A stretch of 63,861 nucleotides of DNA, filler included, from Reticulomyxa filosa (lineage: Eukaryota; Protista; Foraminifera), in NCBI GenBank assembly GCA_000512085.1. It is 18 parts of 18 records of this genome, joined end to end, with 100 filler letters (N's around TTAATTAATTAA, not from the genome) between each part and the next. Parts side by side here need not be neighbours in the genome. Positions count along the whole stretch, not along the records: positions 36,143 to 56,196 come from ASPP01025385.1; positions 56,297 to 57,505 come from ASPP01012878.1; positions 57,606 to 58,831 come from ASPP01042857.1; positions 58,932 to 62,378 come from ASPP01009327.1; positions 62,479 to 63,861 come from ASPP01034596.1; 13 more parts are not named here. The stretch is one strand, 5' to 3'. The position numbers and the translations under genes are program-made. Each line of letters begins with the position of its first letter. The stretch's first letter is position 1. The notes under the pieces are model-generated. The model had not been told where the DNA came from and ran no database searches. It worked only from the letters and a program-made list of their open reading frames with translations. Positions 50,601 through 63,861 of the stretch are shown piece by piece.

Positions 50601-52569
50601 GATTGCGTTGGCTGTACGCCGTCAATATCTGTCGCAGTATATCCACCGCCTTTTCGTTCCTTTGCTTTTCGTCAAATGGAAATGTACGCTTCAAGTCCTT
50701 TTCCATTATCGAGTCTTTGTTTTTACTTTGACGCGCTTTCTCTACTAGTTGTTCGTAGTATCGCGGACATTGCTTTTCTATCTCTTTTCGTCGTTTGTTG
50801 CATCCCGAAGTATGGGTCCATATCTTTTTTTTTTTTTCATTCCCCTGCCCCCTTTGTCATAGCCAAAAACAATATTGTATATATGCATATAATAATATAC
50901 ACCCAAAAACTTTGGATACCAAAAAAAAAAAAAAAATAACTCAATCAAATCTTAACAGAACCCCTGAGAAATGGAGGAATTCCTCTTCGGATCATTTCTT
51001 TTAATTCCGAGTTTGTCCCTTCCATATGCATGTGATGCGCCAAGTATTTCTTCCACCACTCGTGGTCTATTTTGGCGTATGTCTTTTGCTTGCTCTTGTT
51101 GTTCCCCACTTCGTGTGTGCCTTGGTTGTGTTGTCCCAATCGAAAGGGCAACAGCTCTTGTGAAAACGTCAATCCGTTATTGTTGCCCTTGTCTTCTTTT
51201 TTTTCCACAAATCCCAGTCCACCCTTTTTTTGTTTTGTTTTATTCAATTTGAAAATAATCACTTGTTCCATCCGACTCAATCCTCAAAAAAAAAAAAAAA
51301 AAAAAAGGGTCAATTTGTGCTGAGACGAAGGATATGTACACTATCAGATAGATAAAAAAAAGTATAAACAAATAGAAATTATAACAAAGTTGGCACGGTC
51401 AGCAATTAATTGTCGAAAACACTGTTTGCAAACTCTTACAACGTCATGTATACCTTTGTCTGGCATTACTGCTGTCTCTGTTTCCGTGTTGTTATTTGTG
51501 TATACGTCGCAAAAATTGTACGATAGATGTATATGTACACCCATACGTTTTTTTTTAAAAATTTGTTTTAATTGGGGAAAAAAAAAACAAAATAAATGGT
51601 CATATATACCGGAAGAACATGTTGCACAAACAACTTGCCCACAAGACCTGCAATGATGTTTTCTATTTGAAAAAGTGAACACATCATTGCAAATATCACA
51701 GTGGGTCACATCTTCATCTGGAATCCATTCTGCTGGGTTGTCTACTTCTTGATGCTGTTGCCATTGTTTTTTTGTTTTTTGTTTTTTATTAAAATCAATT
51801 GTTTATCTTTCCATTTACATATTTCGATACACAAATATATAAATATATGCACATATGATTTTTTTTTGCTGTTGTTGTTCTAGCCCCTCCAGCTCCCTCC
51901 CCTCTGCATTTCAGTTACGTGAGAAGGCACACAGTGAAAATTCTCCATTCACGAAACTTCAATAGTGATGCGTATGTTCATTTCAGTTAATCGTTGTGCA
52001 CATAAGTCTCTTTTCTAATGTTTATTTGTTTTGTTTTGTTTGCTCACTTTTCAGACATCATTTGTCTTTTTTTCTTGTTTTTGTTTCTTCATAGTGTGGA
52101 GAATTAAAGAAAAGCGTATAACGACGAAATATCACCTCTTTGGATTGAAACAACAAGTCCCAAGAAGGGTATTTGTTGCCCTCAAATACTACAATTAATC
52201 GTATATCATCTTTTGTCGAGCTTATAATTCTACTCATTGTTAGACTGTCCATTTGTACACTTTTTTGTGAATCTATATTTTTCTTTATGCTAATTTCTGA
52301 TGTCTTGAAATCCAATTCCAAGTAGCGCTATTTTTTTATTCGTTGTCAATATATATGTATATAAATAATTTTTTTTTTGGAAACACTTGGTTGTCCCGAA
52401 ACTCTGTTTTATTTATTGGATTTGTAAATACCTCTTGTTTATTTGCCGAACGCAAGTTTTTCACAACAAAGTGTTCTTTTGTTGACGTCCTGCAGTCTAC
52501 AGTTTTGTATGCTTTAATTGCATCACCCGTGCCAACCGAGGGCTTAGATCGACTAAAGATTTGGAGCAT
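47602..52569 (-). CDS. FYVE-domain and TBC (Rab-GAP) domain protein with a long disordered C-terminus, about 10 exons
   Basis: FYVE: [13 protein letters not shown]...[17 protein letters not shown]...[11 protein letters not shown]: [25 protein letters not shown] (R finger), GYCQSMN (Q finger), EEEAFW, WFLCLF and RVWD. The N-terminal exons may be PH-like, and the 3' end is approximate. Confidence 0.85.
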
Positions 52570-52886
52570 GTTTTTTGCAAAGTTGGAAACCTATAGTTTC
52601 ACTGGACTATTATGTTTTTCTGTAATTTTTTCTCCCTTTGACAGTTCATACACACAACGAGGTTTGCTTTCGTGAGAATTATTGAAAGAGTAATTTTAAA
52701 AAGTTTGATATCGCTTTTCCAAACTGTTATTTGCTATTAAAACCAGTAAATCCTTGCATTGAACAGTGTTCTTATAATGTCATTATTAATTATCATATAT
52801 CGGCCAAGCAATTTGAAAGCTAGAAGACATTAGCTCAAAAAAAAAAATGAGAGTGTTGAATTTGTTTTTAAACATGTCGAATATAT

Positions 52887-55149
52887 TTAAGTATTGGACA
52901 GTACACGATAATCGCCTTGAGTCGAAGGAAGGTCCATATGTGATCCTTGTTGTAACTTTTGCAAAGACGTGGAAGGAACATTTTGGATACCAGTGTCCAA
53001 ATTAAAATCCGAGTCACTGTTGCTACGAGACGTGGAGTGATCACGGAGAGGCTCATCTTTGTCACTTGATCGGCCGCGCTTTGATTCAAATTGGTTGGGA
53101 TGGTCACTACCTGCAAAGCTCATGCTTTCATGTTTTCCTATCTTTTTTATTTCGGATCGAATTTTGGCATCCACCGCGGCCTGGTTCCAATCCGAACGGA
53201 GCATCAATGTCAGCGCAGATGCAGTGAACAAGCTATATCCAATCATTATTCCCAAAAACAAGCCATAAATGCCAAAATTCAACTTCAATCCGAATACATA
53301 GGCCAAGGGAACAGATATTCCCCAGCACGAGATCAGTGCCGATATTGCAATCATTTTGGGTTTTCCCCTTTTTTTTTTGTAGTGAGTATAATGTTTGAAT
53401 AAAGGGGGGGGGAAGGGAGAAAAAAAAACAAACGAACCTGTGCTACCAAGACATTGACAGCAACAGTAAAACAAGCCAAAGCCACTAATCCAGAACCAAC
53501 CATCGGACTTAACAATTTGTATCGCTTGACGACTCTTGGATCAGAGCTGACGACACGACCAAACACCGTTCGCAAGCTGACGATGAGCGTTGCAATGAAC
53601 AATCCTCCGACCAATGCGATCGTCATTCCTACATACGCGCTGTATCGAGCCAAACGAGGACGGCCTGCACCCAACATGTTTGCACAACGAATCTGTGTGT
53701 ATTTATTTGCTTTGTGTTCAAACAATATCAATATATATATATACATATATATGTATATAATTGTAAACTTGCACTCCTTCTCCAATACCGATCGCCAAAC
53801 AATGAAACGCAATCAAAATGGTGATCAATGAACTAAAGGTGGCGACATCGACGTCATCCAATTGAGACGAAAACAAGGTAATGATTTGCAATTGCCAGTC
53901 TTCCAAAGCCCCGGAAATGGTCCCTGGGATTGCCAATCGCAAAAACTTGCGCACCCTGTGGCCGCTGAACGTGGTGTACCAGTTTGGTTGGTTGTGCTCG
54001 TCTCTTCCATTGAGAGGACTCCATGTTTTGTGATGGTACTTCTTCACTCCAAACATCAGAATCACAAACGCAATGGGAGTCAATGTGCGTGTCGTCACCG
54101 TCGCAATGGGCGAGCCAATGAACCCCATTCCCGACCACCCCGGAACAAACCATCGGATTATGTACCCATAAACCAGCATTAAATTAAACAATAAATTGAA
54201 TCCCAAAAACATTGCGTTTAGTATTGTCGCCGGCAACACAATCGACTGTGCTCGGAAGTACATTTGCAATACCATATACTGTGCCTTTTTTTTGTTTACA
54301 ATGATGCGCAAATGTAGCTACGCTTTTTCAAATAAATAAATAAAAAATATATATACTATGTATATATATTTTTTATTTATTTATTTTTTCGTTCGGCGTG
54401 AGATCATAACAATAGTGGACACTAAAAAAAAAAACAATAAGACTGAAAACTCAACATTTGGGATGATATAAAAAACAGACCATTTGGAAAATCTTCCCGC
54501 CAAATGTGCAGTGTCATCAGAACATCCAAATGCCTTTAGAATTGGTTCTGTCCACATGAAGGCCATTATACTTGGCAAAGATATGAAAAATATCAACAAT
54601 GCTGCCAATTGATACCATTGTCCAACCTTTTTTTTTTTTGATTGGGTGCACTTTTTTTATCGCCTTTTTTTTTTTTTTGCTCACCAGTTTAAAGTTTTGT
54701 GCTCCATAAGCCTGAGAACCCACTACATTTACAGTTGCTGCAAATGCATACAAATATGACCCACTCAAGCTCTGCCATACATTTGCCAATGCTGCTGCTG
54801 CTAAGTAGTCGGTGCCAAGGTATCCTGTTTCGTTTCATTTTGTTTTCTTTTCTTATGAATGGACTTTTTCAAATTGCCATTTTTACTGCTTTTGTTGCTA
54901 TTGTTTTCCTATGTTGTTGGTAATAAAATAAAGAATCTTGCCTAATACTGCCTGGTCTGTCAGAAATTGAAGTATTCGTGTGGAAATAGAAAATGATATT
55001 GGTAGTCCCAGTTTGAGTATTGCTTTTGCTTCGCTCCTCCAGTCTGGACTGACGAATGACAATCGTCGCCATTTCAATGGAGAATTAATTGGAGAAAATA
55101 AAGATGACAAAACTAAGTTCCTGCCCGAGTCATGTGGATTTTCTGCCAT
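52887..55149 (-). CDS. MATE-family (DTX/SLC47-like) multidrug/toxin transporter, multi-exon
   Basis: EAKAILKLGLP, GSQAYGAQN, EPILKAFG, MGFIGSPIAT, FLRLAIPG, RCANMLGAGRP..AR, WGISVPLAYVFG...GIYGLFLG and DWNQAA..A. Confidence 0.9.
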
Positions 55150-55759
55150 ATATTGCTTCTAACTATTTTGATTTATGTGAAAAAAAGAGGGGCAAGAGTC
55201 TTCTTCACTGAACAGCTCAACAACATCTTGTAGATCAAACAATGATTGTAAATTTTTCTTTTACCTTATATATTTTTAAGTACATAATGAAACATTTAAT
55301 CTTCTGCTCTCCGTACAGAAGAGATCTACTTTCAAGTGTATGTGGATATGTTTTTGGTTGTTGTAACATTTTGTTGCGCAATCGTTTTTTCTTTTTTTTC
55401 ATGATTACAACTGTTGAACACTCTTTGGAGAGCTTATACAACGAATAATCGAACGTATAATTTTATTTATACGTTTGAAGTTTTTTTTGTTTTGGAAAGG
55501 ATAACGTATAAATATTAATTCAACAGCATTTTACAAAAAGTCAATACATAATGATTTTAAAAAAATACATAAAGATCATTCCAAGAAACTAAAAACTGGT
55601 TCTTTTGAAAATGTTGCGAAAAAATTTCATTAAAAACTTTGTGATTCGAAAAGACTTAAATTTAAAAGAAATCCATGAGCCACTTTATTTGGCTACATGG
55701 GTTTCAAAAAAAATATTAGTACAGTTCATTTACACCACTTCATTTTCATACAAAAAGTT

Positions 55760-56196
55760 TTAATTGTCACCTGCATCATCGCCAGCGTTATCACCGACAT
55801 CATCAGTTGGTTGTTCACTCAAAACATCCAGATAATCTTTTTCCAAGAAGCCTAAGTCTTCACGGGCTTCAGCAAATTCTCCTTCTTCCATTCCTTCTCC
55901 TACGTACCAATGCACAAATGCTCTTTGGGAGTACATGATGTCATACTTTTGGGCAATGCGTTTACTAAACACTCGCGAAATGCCCGTGTTGTTGGCTATC
56001 ATCACAGCATTTTTACTAAATGCTCCAATATCGTCTGATTCCAGTGTTACTGCTGGTACCTCATTTAAGCCTATCTTGAAACCAGTTGGGCACCACTCGA
56101 CTAATGTTATTTTATTGCTCGATTTCAGCCATTGGACCGTTGCGTTTGCTTCCTTCGATTTTAAATCACCACGATAATTTAAGGAAATGGCCATAT
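55760..56196 (-). CDS. Alpha-tubulin, divergent (foraminiferan alpha-2 type), C-terminal part
   Basis: YRGD, VEWCPTGFKIGLN and RAFVHWYVGEGMEEGEFAEAREDL..LEKDY identify alpha-tubulin. There are many substitutions relative to canonical alpha-tubulin and a non-canonical tail. Confidence 0.92.
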
Positions 56197-56329
56197 NNNN
56201 NNNNNNNNNNNNNNNNNNNNNNNNNNNNNNNNNNNNNNNNTTAATTAATTAANNNNNNNNNNNNNNNNNNNNNNNNNNNNNNNNNNNNNNNNNNNNAAAA
56301 AAAAAAAAAAAAAAAAAAAGTGAACCTGT

Positions 56330-57430
56330 CCCCAGACTCATTCTTTGCACAAATCGATCAGTAGCAATAAGTTCTTTCATTTCTGTTTCTTCGGCTTCAG
56401 GTGCTCGAACTGTTATGCCGTGAAGAGAATTTTTCTTTTTTTTCTCGGCCATTTCTTTTTTCAATGTCTTGCCAACTTCGTTCGCTTGGAATTTTTTTCT
56501 GTTGTTTCTCTTCGCCACCAGGGACGCCCAACAATCCACCTCCACCTAAGCGAGACGGTCTTTTCTTACCTTTTTTTTATTTGTTTTGTTTTGTTTGTTT
56601 GTTTGTAAAATTCAGTGTATGTGTTTATGTTTCCCCCTTTATTGAGTGTAATATGATTACAACAATTTCAAAACAAAAAATGTTGAATGCATTCAACCCA
56701 ATATGCATGTTGGATTTGAAATTGATCAACAATATAGTTTTTTATGTTTTTTCTGTTGGGAAAAAAAAAAAAAAAACATTGAAAAGAAAGAAAATGATGC
56801 AAAACTGAGTCGTCCAGTCAAAGCATTGCTTCTCAAACCACCCAAACTTATCAATTTCTTTTCAATTTTTTGTCTTTCGTCGATTTCATCGCGCAAAGTA
56901 TCATTGTATTTTTTGACTTGATCTCGAATCGTTTCCACTGTTTTCTTTCCATTGTCCCAAGGAAGTTCCAATCGCTTCGTTAACTTGTCTGAGCAAAATC
57001 CATTGATTCAAATGTGTTGGCATTTGAGTGAGTGTTATTTGTTTTCTCCAAGAGACAAAGCAGATTAAAACAAAAAAAAAAATAAATAAAAAAAAAAATT
57101 AAAAACACGCAACTCATCAATTCGCCGCCATCGGTTCCGCTCAGATTGATAAGATTGGAAGACCAGAAACAAAAAGGGCATTGATACAAATAGCTGTCTT
57201 TGCTATCTTCAGGAATTCCAGGAGGAAGATTGCTCTGAGAAGGCAGTCCAAGCGAAGCAGTGGGACCCGCTTCAGGCGCTCCTCCACCATCTTGTCCGCC
57301 TTCTGCTTCCGCTTTGTCTGAAGACACGTCATTCGCGCTCTCTTGCGTATATATAATTTCTCCATCACCGAGTAGCAACGAGGGCAAGATATGCACCGTT
57401 GGCATCTTACATTTAGTTACAATGCACAAT
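56330..57430 (-). CDS. Dynactin p62 (DCTN4)-like protein, internal exons
   Basis: YLYQCPFCFWSSNLINL resembles the p62 YL.C..C.W.S..IG motif. It is followed by a coiled-coil segment. Confidence 0.45.
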
Positions 57431-57439
57431 AGAATACAT

Positions 57440-57505
<66 letters not shown>
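57440..57505. repeat. (TA)n microsatellite in an intron at a contig end
   Basis: Directly visible TA run. Confidence 0.95.
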
Positions 57506-60500
57506 NNNNNNNNNNNNNNNNNNNNNNNNNNNNNNNNNNNNNNNNNNNNTTAATTAATTAANNNNNNNNNNNNNNNNNNNNNNNNNNNNNNNNNNNNNNN
57601 NNNNNTTTTTACTTCAAGGTACGTATAATACACTCATATATGTCATCTCAAAAAAAAAAAAAACTCACTAATTATGCACGTGCTCTTTCCTTTTTTTGAA
57701 CCTCGTCCAAAGTAATCTGTCTTTTTAATTGACCCCAAGTTGACAACAGTGCCCACAGAACAATGAATTCCTTTATGTAGACGTTCTTTATTATTTTTTT
57801 GTGGTCTTTGCAAGTTGTGTTTTGTTTTTCCGTTGCAACTTAAAAAACTTAAATACACATTAATAACCAATGATACCATAGTCAAAGCAAATGATTTCCA
57901 AAAAGATTCTCTTCACTTGTTTTGTGTTTTTGTATACACGCCAGCTGACAAAAAAAAAGTTATTTGAAAAGTTACAAAAGGGAAGAGAAAAAGTACACGA
58001 AGAAATAAATAAAGTAATTTACACGCTTACTCATAGATTTATTTGACAATCGATTGCAATTGTCGGAAGAAAGAGTAAAACATTGCAGGCATTGGATAGC
58101 GAGAATTTATTTGCTTTTTGGTGGTTGGGTGCTCAAATTCTAACAAATGGGTGTTGTGCATGAAAATCATTTCTGTTCCAATTATATCCATATGCGTCTA
58201 CAGTAGAGCCAAACAATAATTTTTCAATTTGCAAATCCCAATGTTTGGAAACTTCGCTTTGACAATAAAGTTTGTCATCCACCACTCTTAATCCCAAATA
58301 CTGCAATTGCAAGTGTATTTGATGTGTTCTTGACGTTTCCACGTCACAATTAATATAAGAGAATACATGCTTTCCTCCATGCTGTGATAATTGATGGAGC
58401 AGATCATCAGCTTTTTTTTCATTTCCTTCAAAGGCATTAATACATGCACTGCAATGATGATTGATATTTCATCATGTCAATTTCAAAATTTTCTAACCTT
58501 GAAAAAACTTAGTAAACAGAATGATAAGGATTGACAATATGTTTCAAGTTTTTATTGAGTTTTTGTTTTTCCATCTTCCACGCGAATCATTTTTGTTTAA
58601 TTTGAGCAAGATTAAATCATCCCAACTCCGCAGTTGTGCCAAATGGTGCATGAGGACACAGCCAATTTTATTTTCGTTAAGAAAATCCTGTTGAAAGCCA
58701 ATTTCTTTCTTCTTGGTGCCACGTGATATATATATTTTTGTTTTTGAGATGCTTGAGATCAGAATCAGCGCTTGTTCCATCATTTGGAAGTCGTTGCATT
58801 ATTTTTTGATTTTTTTACAAACCTTTTTTTTNNNNNNNNNNNNNNNNNNNNNNNNNNNNNNNNNNNNNNNNNNNNTTAATTAATTAANNNNNNNNNNNNN
58901 NNNNNNNNNNNNNNNNNNNNNNNNNNNNNNNTACTGTATTAAACACCAACAAATAACTCCTGAACAGATTTTGTATTGATAATTGAAGTAGTGTTATTGT
59001 AAGTGATAAAGTTCGATCAGAGAATCTGTGGAAAACATATTTAAATTAGGTGTATATACAAAGTGTTTCCAGTGAAGTCAATTGACTTGACACTATGAAC
59101 AAATGGAAACTATTGCCTTGGCATGTTTCTTACACAATGTTGTGTTATCAGCAAGTTGATCAACGATTTGTGTAGCAGGAGTAGACAAAACTTGTTGGAG
59201 TTTAACAATAACTTGATTAGACAATTGGAACAAGATGGTTTCAATTTGCAAAACGATCTGGCGCGCTACAAACAATTGATCACCAAAAATACTATAATCA
59301 ATGAACATTAGCTGTTAAAGATTTTCAAAGAAGTTTTACATATTTTTTTTAAAAAAGTATGTGTTTTTTCATCTGCTTTATTATTAGTAATATTTTTTTT
59401 GACAAAAAGACACTGCTGGATAAACAGAATGTCAGAAGAGTGAATGTATCCGTTTTGCAAGGAGATTGAAAAAAATGACTATACAATTAGCAACTTGATA
59501 AGCAAAAATAATAAGCTGCCGAAATAGTTATTGCGACTGTGATCTCGCTGCACTGACACAAAAATCCGACAGTACTGAAAGAAACTGTAAATGACCAATA
59601 TTCCAATTGAATTGCCATCATTGCACAAATGAAAGAGCTCAAGACAATCGAATTCATCTTTTTACAAAAACTTGAATTCAACGATCAATCGAAACAAATA
59701 CTGCAAATTCAAAGTTAGTTTCAAATAATATTATATATATACATATATTTTTTAAATTGATGAATAACGTATATGATGTTGTTATGAACAAATAGAATAA
59801 TATAATGAACAATTAATGGGTCACGAGACCAGTAATGTTATAAACAATTAGCACTTTGTAGACATTTAAATGAAGTATTGAACAAAATGCACGCTCAAAA
59901 GAAAAATACATATTTGTATATCTTTCATGCGCGAAGACTAATTGACAATTATATAATGTCTGCATTTAATGTCTTCGTCATCAAGTCTAAGTTTAATCAT
60001 TTAGAAAGCTTTATTCTATATAAATAATATGTAACTAATACAAAAATACTAATTATATAAAATGTTGTCGGACATATACAAGAAGAACATGTCCTTTGGT
60101 GCATAGTTTGTTCTAATATAGACTTTAGCTGGGGTCATGCATTGGGGGCTTGCACATGTAAGTGTCTACTATGTTATGTGAGTTCGAATCCAGCGTCTGT
60201 CTTTACAATCTATTTTTTATATATGCTTTTTTTAAAACAATTACAAAATTTGTATTGTTTATTGAATGTTAATATGAAATTCGACCTTCAAACAATGATA
60301 AGTATTTCAAATCAATATACAACGTCTTTTTTCTTTGAGTTGAACCCAACTTGTGTTGGCTGCGCTTCCATCAGTGTCAGTATTACATGTGTCCATTCAA
60401 CAACTTCTGATATGGACATCTTTGACAATCTATTCTTGAAAAATAACTTTTGATGACTAAAAAAAGACATTGTCTTAACCAAAACTTTTTAATTTGGCTG

Positions 60501-60699
60501 AAAAAAGATATTCTATCATTTTATTCGTTTTCAAAGTGATATGAAGGTAAATTTTGTAAGGGAAGTTCACTTGACTTGGAAATCTTTTTTCCAATGCGAC
60601 TTAATTTCTTTTTTTTTTTGTGGATGTTCTCTTCATTTGTAAGAATAAAAAAATCTAAAAAAAAAAGGGATCAGTAAAGGAAGATAAGAAAAAAAAGTA

Positions 60700-62378
60700 A
60701 TGGCTTTATTTCGAGGTTTGAAGATAATCTCACGAAAACCACACCGCCATGCGGATTGGAATATTATGCGACAAAAAAGATTTGCTGTGCTGTTGGCTGG
60801 ACAAAGAGGAAATAGAAATGAGAGACAGCAGCGCGGAAACAAAGCGACTCATCGGCCTTGGATATTAATCCCGTTATATTTGGCAATATTGCGCCAAGCG
60901 TCTGGAAAAGTAGTAAAAGCGGAAGGAGATGATAACATGGATGCAAAAGACATACTTCCCATTTGGACACAAGTGCAGCCACTGTATACACATTTATCTC
61001 ATATATGTGGCATACATATACATATATATATGTATATGACATATATATATATACATATATATATATATGTATATGTATATAATATATGTTTTTGATGACA
61101 CAATGTGAAATAAGTGTTGATCTGTTCTGAAAAAAAACAAGGTGATTGGAAAAATATGGGAAAAGTTGGTGGACGAGGAATTGGTGGAAGCGCTGTTATT
61201 GGCAAAGTACGAGAAGCAAGCACGTTATTTTGAGCAAATGAGTCATTACCTGAATTTGTCCTATCCTTTGAAAGACCAGGTGGAAGTGGTGCCAACAAAA
61301 AGCGAGGAGCAAAAGCGAGAGAGCAAAGGAAAGAAAAAGATGTTGGACATTGACGAAATGCACTACGCGTTTCGCCACGCCGCGGGGATATATCCGACGA
61401 TCTATCTATGGGCAATGGGATGTTTGCTCCAGAATTTTCAGGAAACTATTGGACAAAGTCTGAAGAGTTCGGCGTACACGATATCGCGCATTTACGATTA
61501 CGTGGACATTGAACGTGACTTCCTCGTCGATCAGTCATCGCACCTCTTTGGCACGCCGGTGAATAAGCAAGACCCAGATAGCAGTGACCACGAAATCGCG
61601 CCGACCCGCGTCGACGACAGCTTATCCAAGCAATGGCCGCGCCCAGCCTCGTGGCTGCCCCCGGCGCCACCGCGCAAGCCGGGCTTTTATGTGATGAAAG
61701 ACGACCGTCGCAAGACACTGGTCGTTTGCATTCGCGGCACGTCGACTCTCATGGACGCTCTTATCGACTTGGACTGCGACACCAAGCAGATGACACGAAA
61801 CGGACAAACCATCCACGTCCACGGAGGGATCTACAGCGCAGCACAAAAAGTGTCGCACAGCACTCTGAGGCCTGTCGAAAAGTTCATACGAGATAATCCA
61901 CAATATCACGTGGTTATCACCGGACACTCTTTAGGTTTTTTTGTACACATATAAATGTATACATATACTTATATATATATGTGTACATATATGTATATAT
62001 GTGTACATATATGTATATATGTACATATACATATATATGTACATACATATATACATATATATATGTATATATATATATAGGTGCTGGTGTTGCGTCGTTG
62101 CTTGGCTTTTTGTGGAATGAAAAAAGCCAAGTATTGAAAGACAAAATGACAGTGTATGCATTTGCTAGTCCTTGTGTCATTAGTGACAACGTGGCCGAGG
62201 AGTGCAATGACTTTATTCGCACAATTGTACTTGGCACGGACATTGTCACTCGTCTTACGGCTGAGTCTGTGCGCAAGTACTACCAACGCATGCGACTGAT
62301 CGAAAGTGCCAGACCTGAAGTCATTCAACAAGCTCTTCAGATATGCAAAACCGAGGTGTATCGAGATCCGTATGCTTC
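60700..62378 (+). CDS. Class 3 lipase (diacylglycerol-lipase-like), 3'-truncated, multi-exon
   Basis: [23 protein letters not shown], nucleophile elbow ITGHSLG|AGVA split by a TA-rich intron, VYAFASP and DIVTRL. Confidence 0.9.
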
Positions 62379-63861
62379 NNNNNNNNNNNNNNNNNNNNNN
62401 NNNNNNNNNNNNNNNNNNNNNNTTAATTAATTAANNNNNNNNNNNNNNNNNNNNNNNNNNNNNNNNNNNNNNNNNNNNAGCCGTGTTAAGAGGTCTTTTG
62501 CCTTTTCAACATTTTGAGAAGACAATTTCAATGCCTTTGAAATGATCTCTTCACTTATCTTAGGAAATGTTTTTTGGAACTTTGATGCAAGCATGATTAT
62601 GATGACGTTAATTTCAAAACAAATCCTTCAATTGAACCGGGAAATTTTTGTGGTGATAACTCTAATTTTTTGTTTTGTGTTAGATATCAAAATAATACAT
62701 CAAGCAAAAAACCGCTTTTTATGTTTATTCAAACTGTCATTATTTTCATTATTGCTTTTTGGCATATTTCTAATGTCTTGTTAATTTTACACAATCTGTT
62801 TTAACTCGATTGCAAAGCGATTCAAGCATTTACAATATTAGAAAATATTGAATACGACGCAGCAATTTCTTTAGGTTCATTTGATTTACCTGCTGAAGAA
62901 CCAAATGCTTCAAACTTATCGTAAATATTCAAGAATCCTTTTGTTGAGAAAAGTCCGTTTTTCAAACAATTTCTGATAGAAAATAAAAAAATGAGGAACC
63001 ACGTTACATTCATATTTCAGAACTTCGTCTTCGAAATGATCAAAAGGAAATTGAAGAATATCGAAAAGAAGGGAGGACAAATATAGATTGCAAATCGTTT
63101 AGCTTTCATTTTACTTTTTAATCAAAGTTAGCAAGCACTAATAGACTTTCTTGAAATCAAATTGCTACTAACTCAAGCAATAATGTGCAAAATGTACAAA
63201 GCATTTGATAGTAGTAAATTGTTCAAGTCTATTATTTCTGTATATATTTGTACATATTTTAAACTGTATTCAATATATGAATAGTTATTTTACGTTTATA
63301 TTTTTTTTCATATTATGAAATATTTACATTCATTGCATATTTTGGCATTGTATAATAAAATGTGATGAATTTCAATAGATTTCTGTAAACCAAATTGTTT
63401 TGTATAAGAAAATGAAAGCAAATTCATAAGTATGTATTGACTTTGATCCGTTTAGCTGATCCAATTTACAAACCACATACAGTAGAATGCAAAGTAAAGT
63501 TGATACCTAAAACGGCACCTAAGGTAGATTATTGATTTTCTTCATGAAAAACAGCATTCAGACATAATTTTTTTAAAAAATATTACAAATTGTGTAATTT
63601 TAAATATCATTTTGATTTAGTTTTTATTAAATCTTTTATAAGCAGAATTTAATGTTATTTTTAAAGCTTGTGCATTGTAAGGACATGATAGTTTGACTAC
63701 TTTTTGCTTTGAGTACAATTAATTTCCATTGGGTTGTCGGCGACTTGTTTGCAAATCAAACAAATAAAATCGTAAATGGACTCCTGCTTGCTCGATTGTA
63801 AAATCCAATTTTTGTCCAAGCAAGCATGTTGTTCAGTAATTGACTTCAAGTCCAGTTTCGC

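Noticed and set aside
58932-59900. Possible TRAF-type zinc finger/coiled-coil pseudogene
   Set aside because: It is too degraded, with only scattered Cys/His residues and a coiled-coil stretch and no supportable motif.
60121-60201. tRNA-like segment with GAGTTCGAATCC (T-loop/B-box-like)
   Set aside because: No convincing acceptor, D or T stems could be paired. At most it is a decayed relic.

Overview
This window is not one locus. It is about 18 short draft contigs joined by an artificial 100-bp linker (N-run + TTAATTAATTAA + N-run). Almost all contigs are AT-rich, intron-containing eukaryotic DNA. The gene families (expanded WD40, Kelch-like and NACHT-WD40 families, a caspase-like protease, a divergent alpha-2-type tubulin) point by inference to a foraminiferan such as Reticulomyxa. 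One contig (10142-11783) is high-GC alphaproteobacterial DNA carrying ccoN, an FNR/FixK box and a DUF2189-like gene. Recognisable eukaryotic genes include CFAP53, CCDC40, CDC50, an HD hydrolase, a Yak1/DYRK kinase, a nocturnin-like EEP, two 7TM proteins, an alkaline-phosphatase-superfamily enzyme, RACK1-like, a FYVE-TBC RabGAP, MATE, alpha-tubulin, dynactin p62-like and a class 3 lipase. The three most interesting items are: (1) an NLR-like STAND gene of about 1,790 codons with a RelA/SpoT-like nucleotidyltransferase domain fused to NACHT, pentapeptide repeats and 15 WD40 repeats, with a single in-frame TAA separating effector from sensor; (2) a 286-bp array of seven back-to-back hairpins with GGGAG loops, G-U pairs, covariation and an inverted loop isomer (9735-10020); (3) a Kelch-propeller/animal-type caspase-like locus. 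All calls come from motif recognition by eye, and exon boundaries are approximate unless stated.
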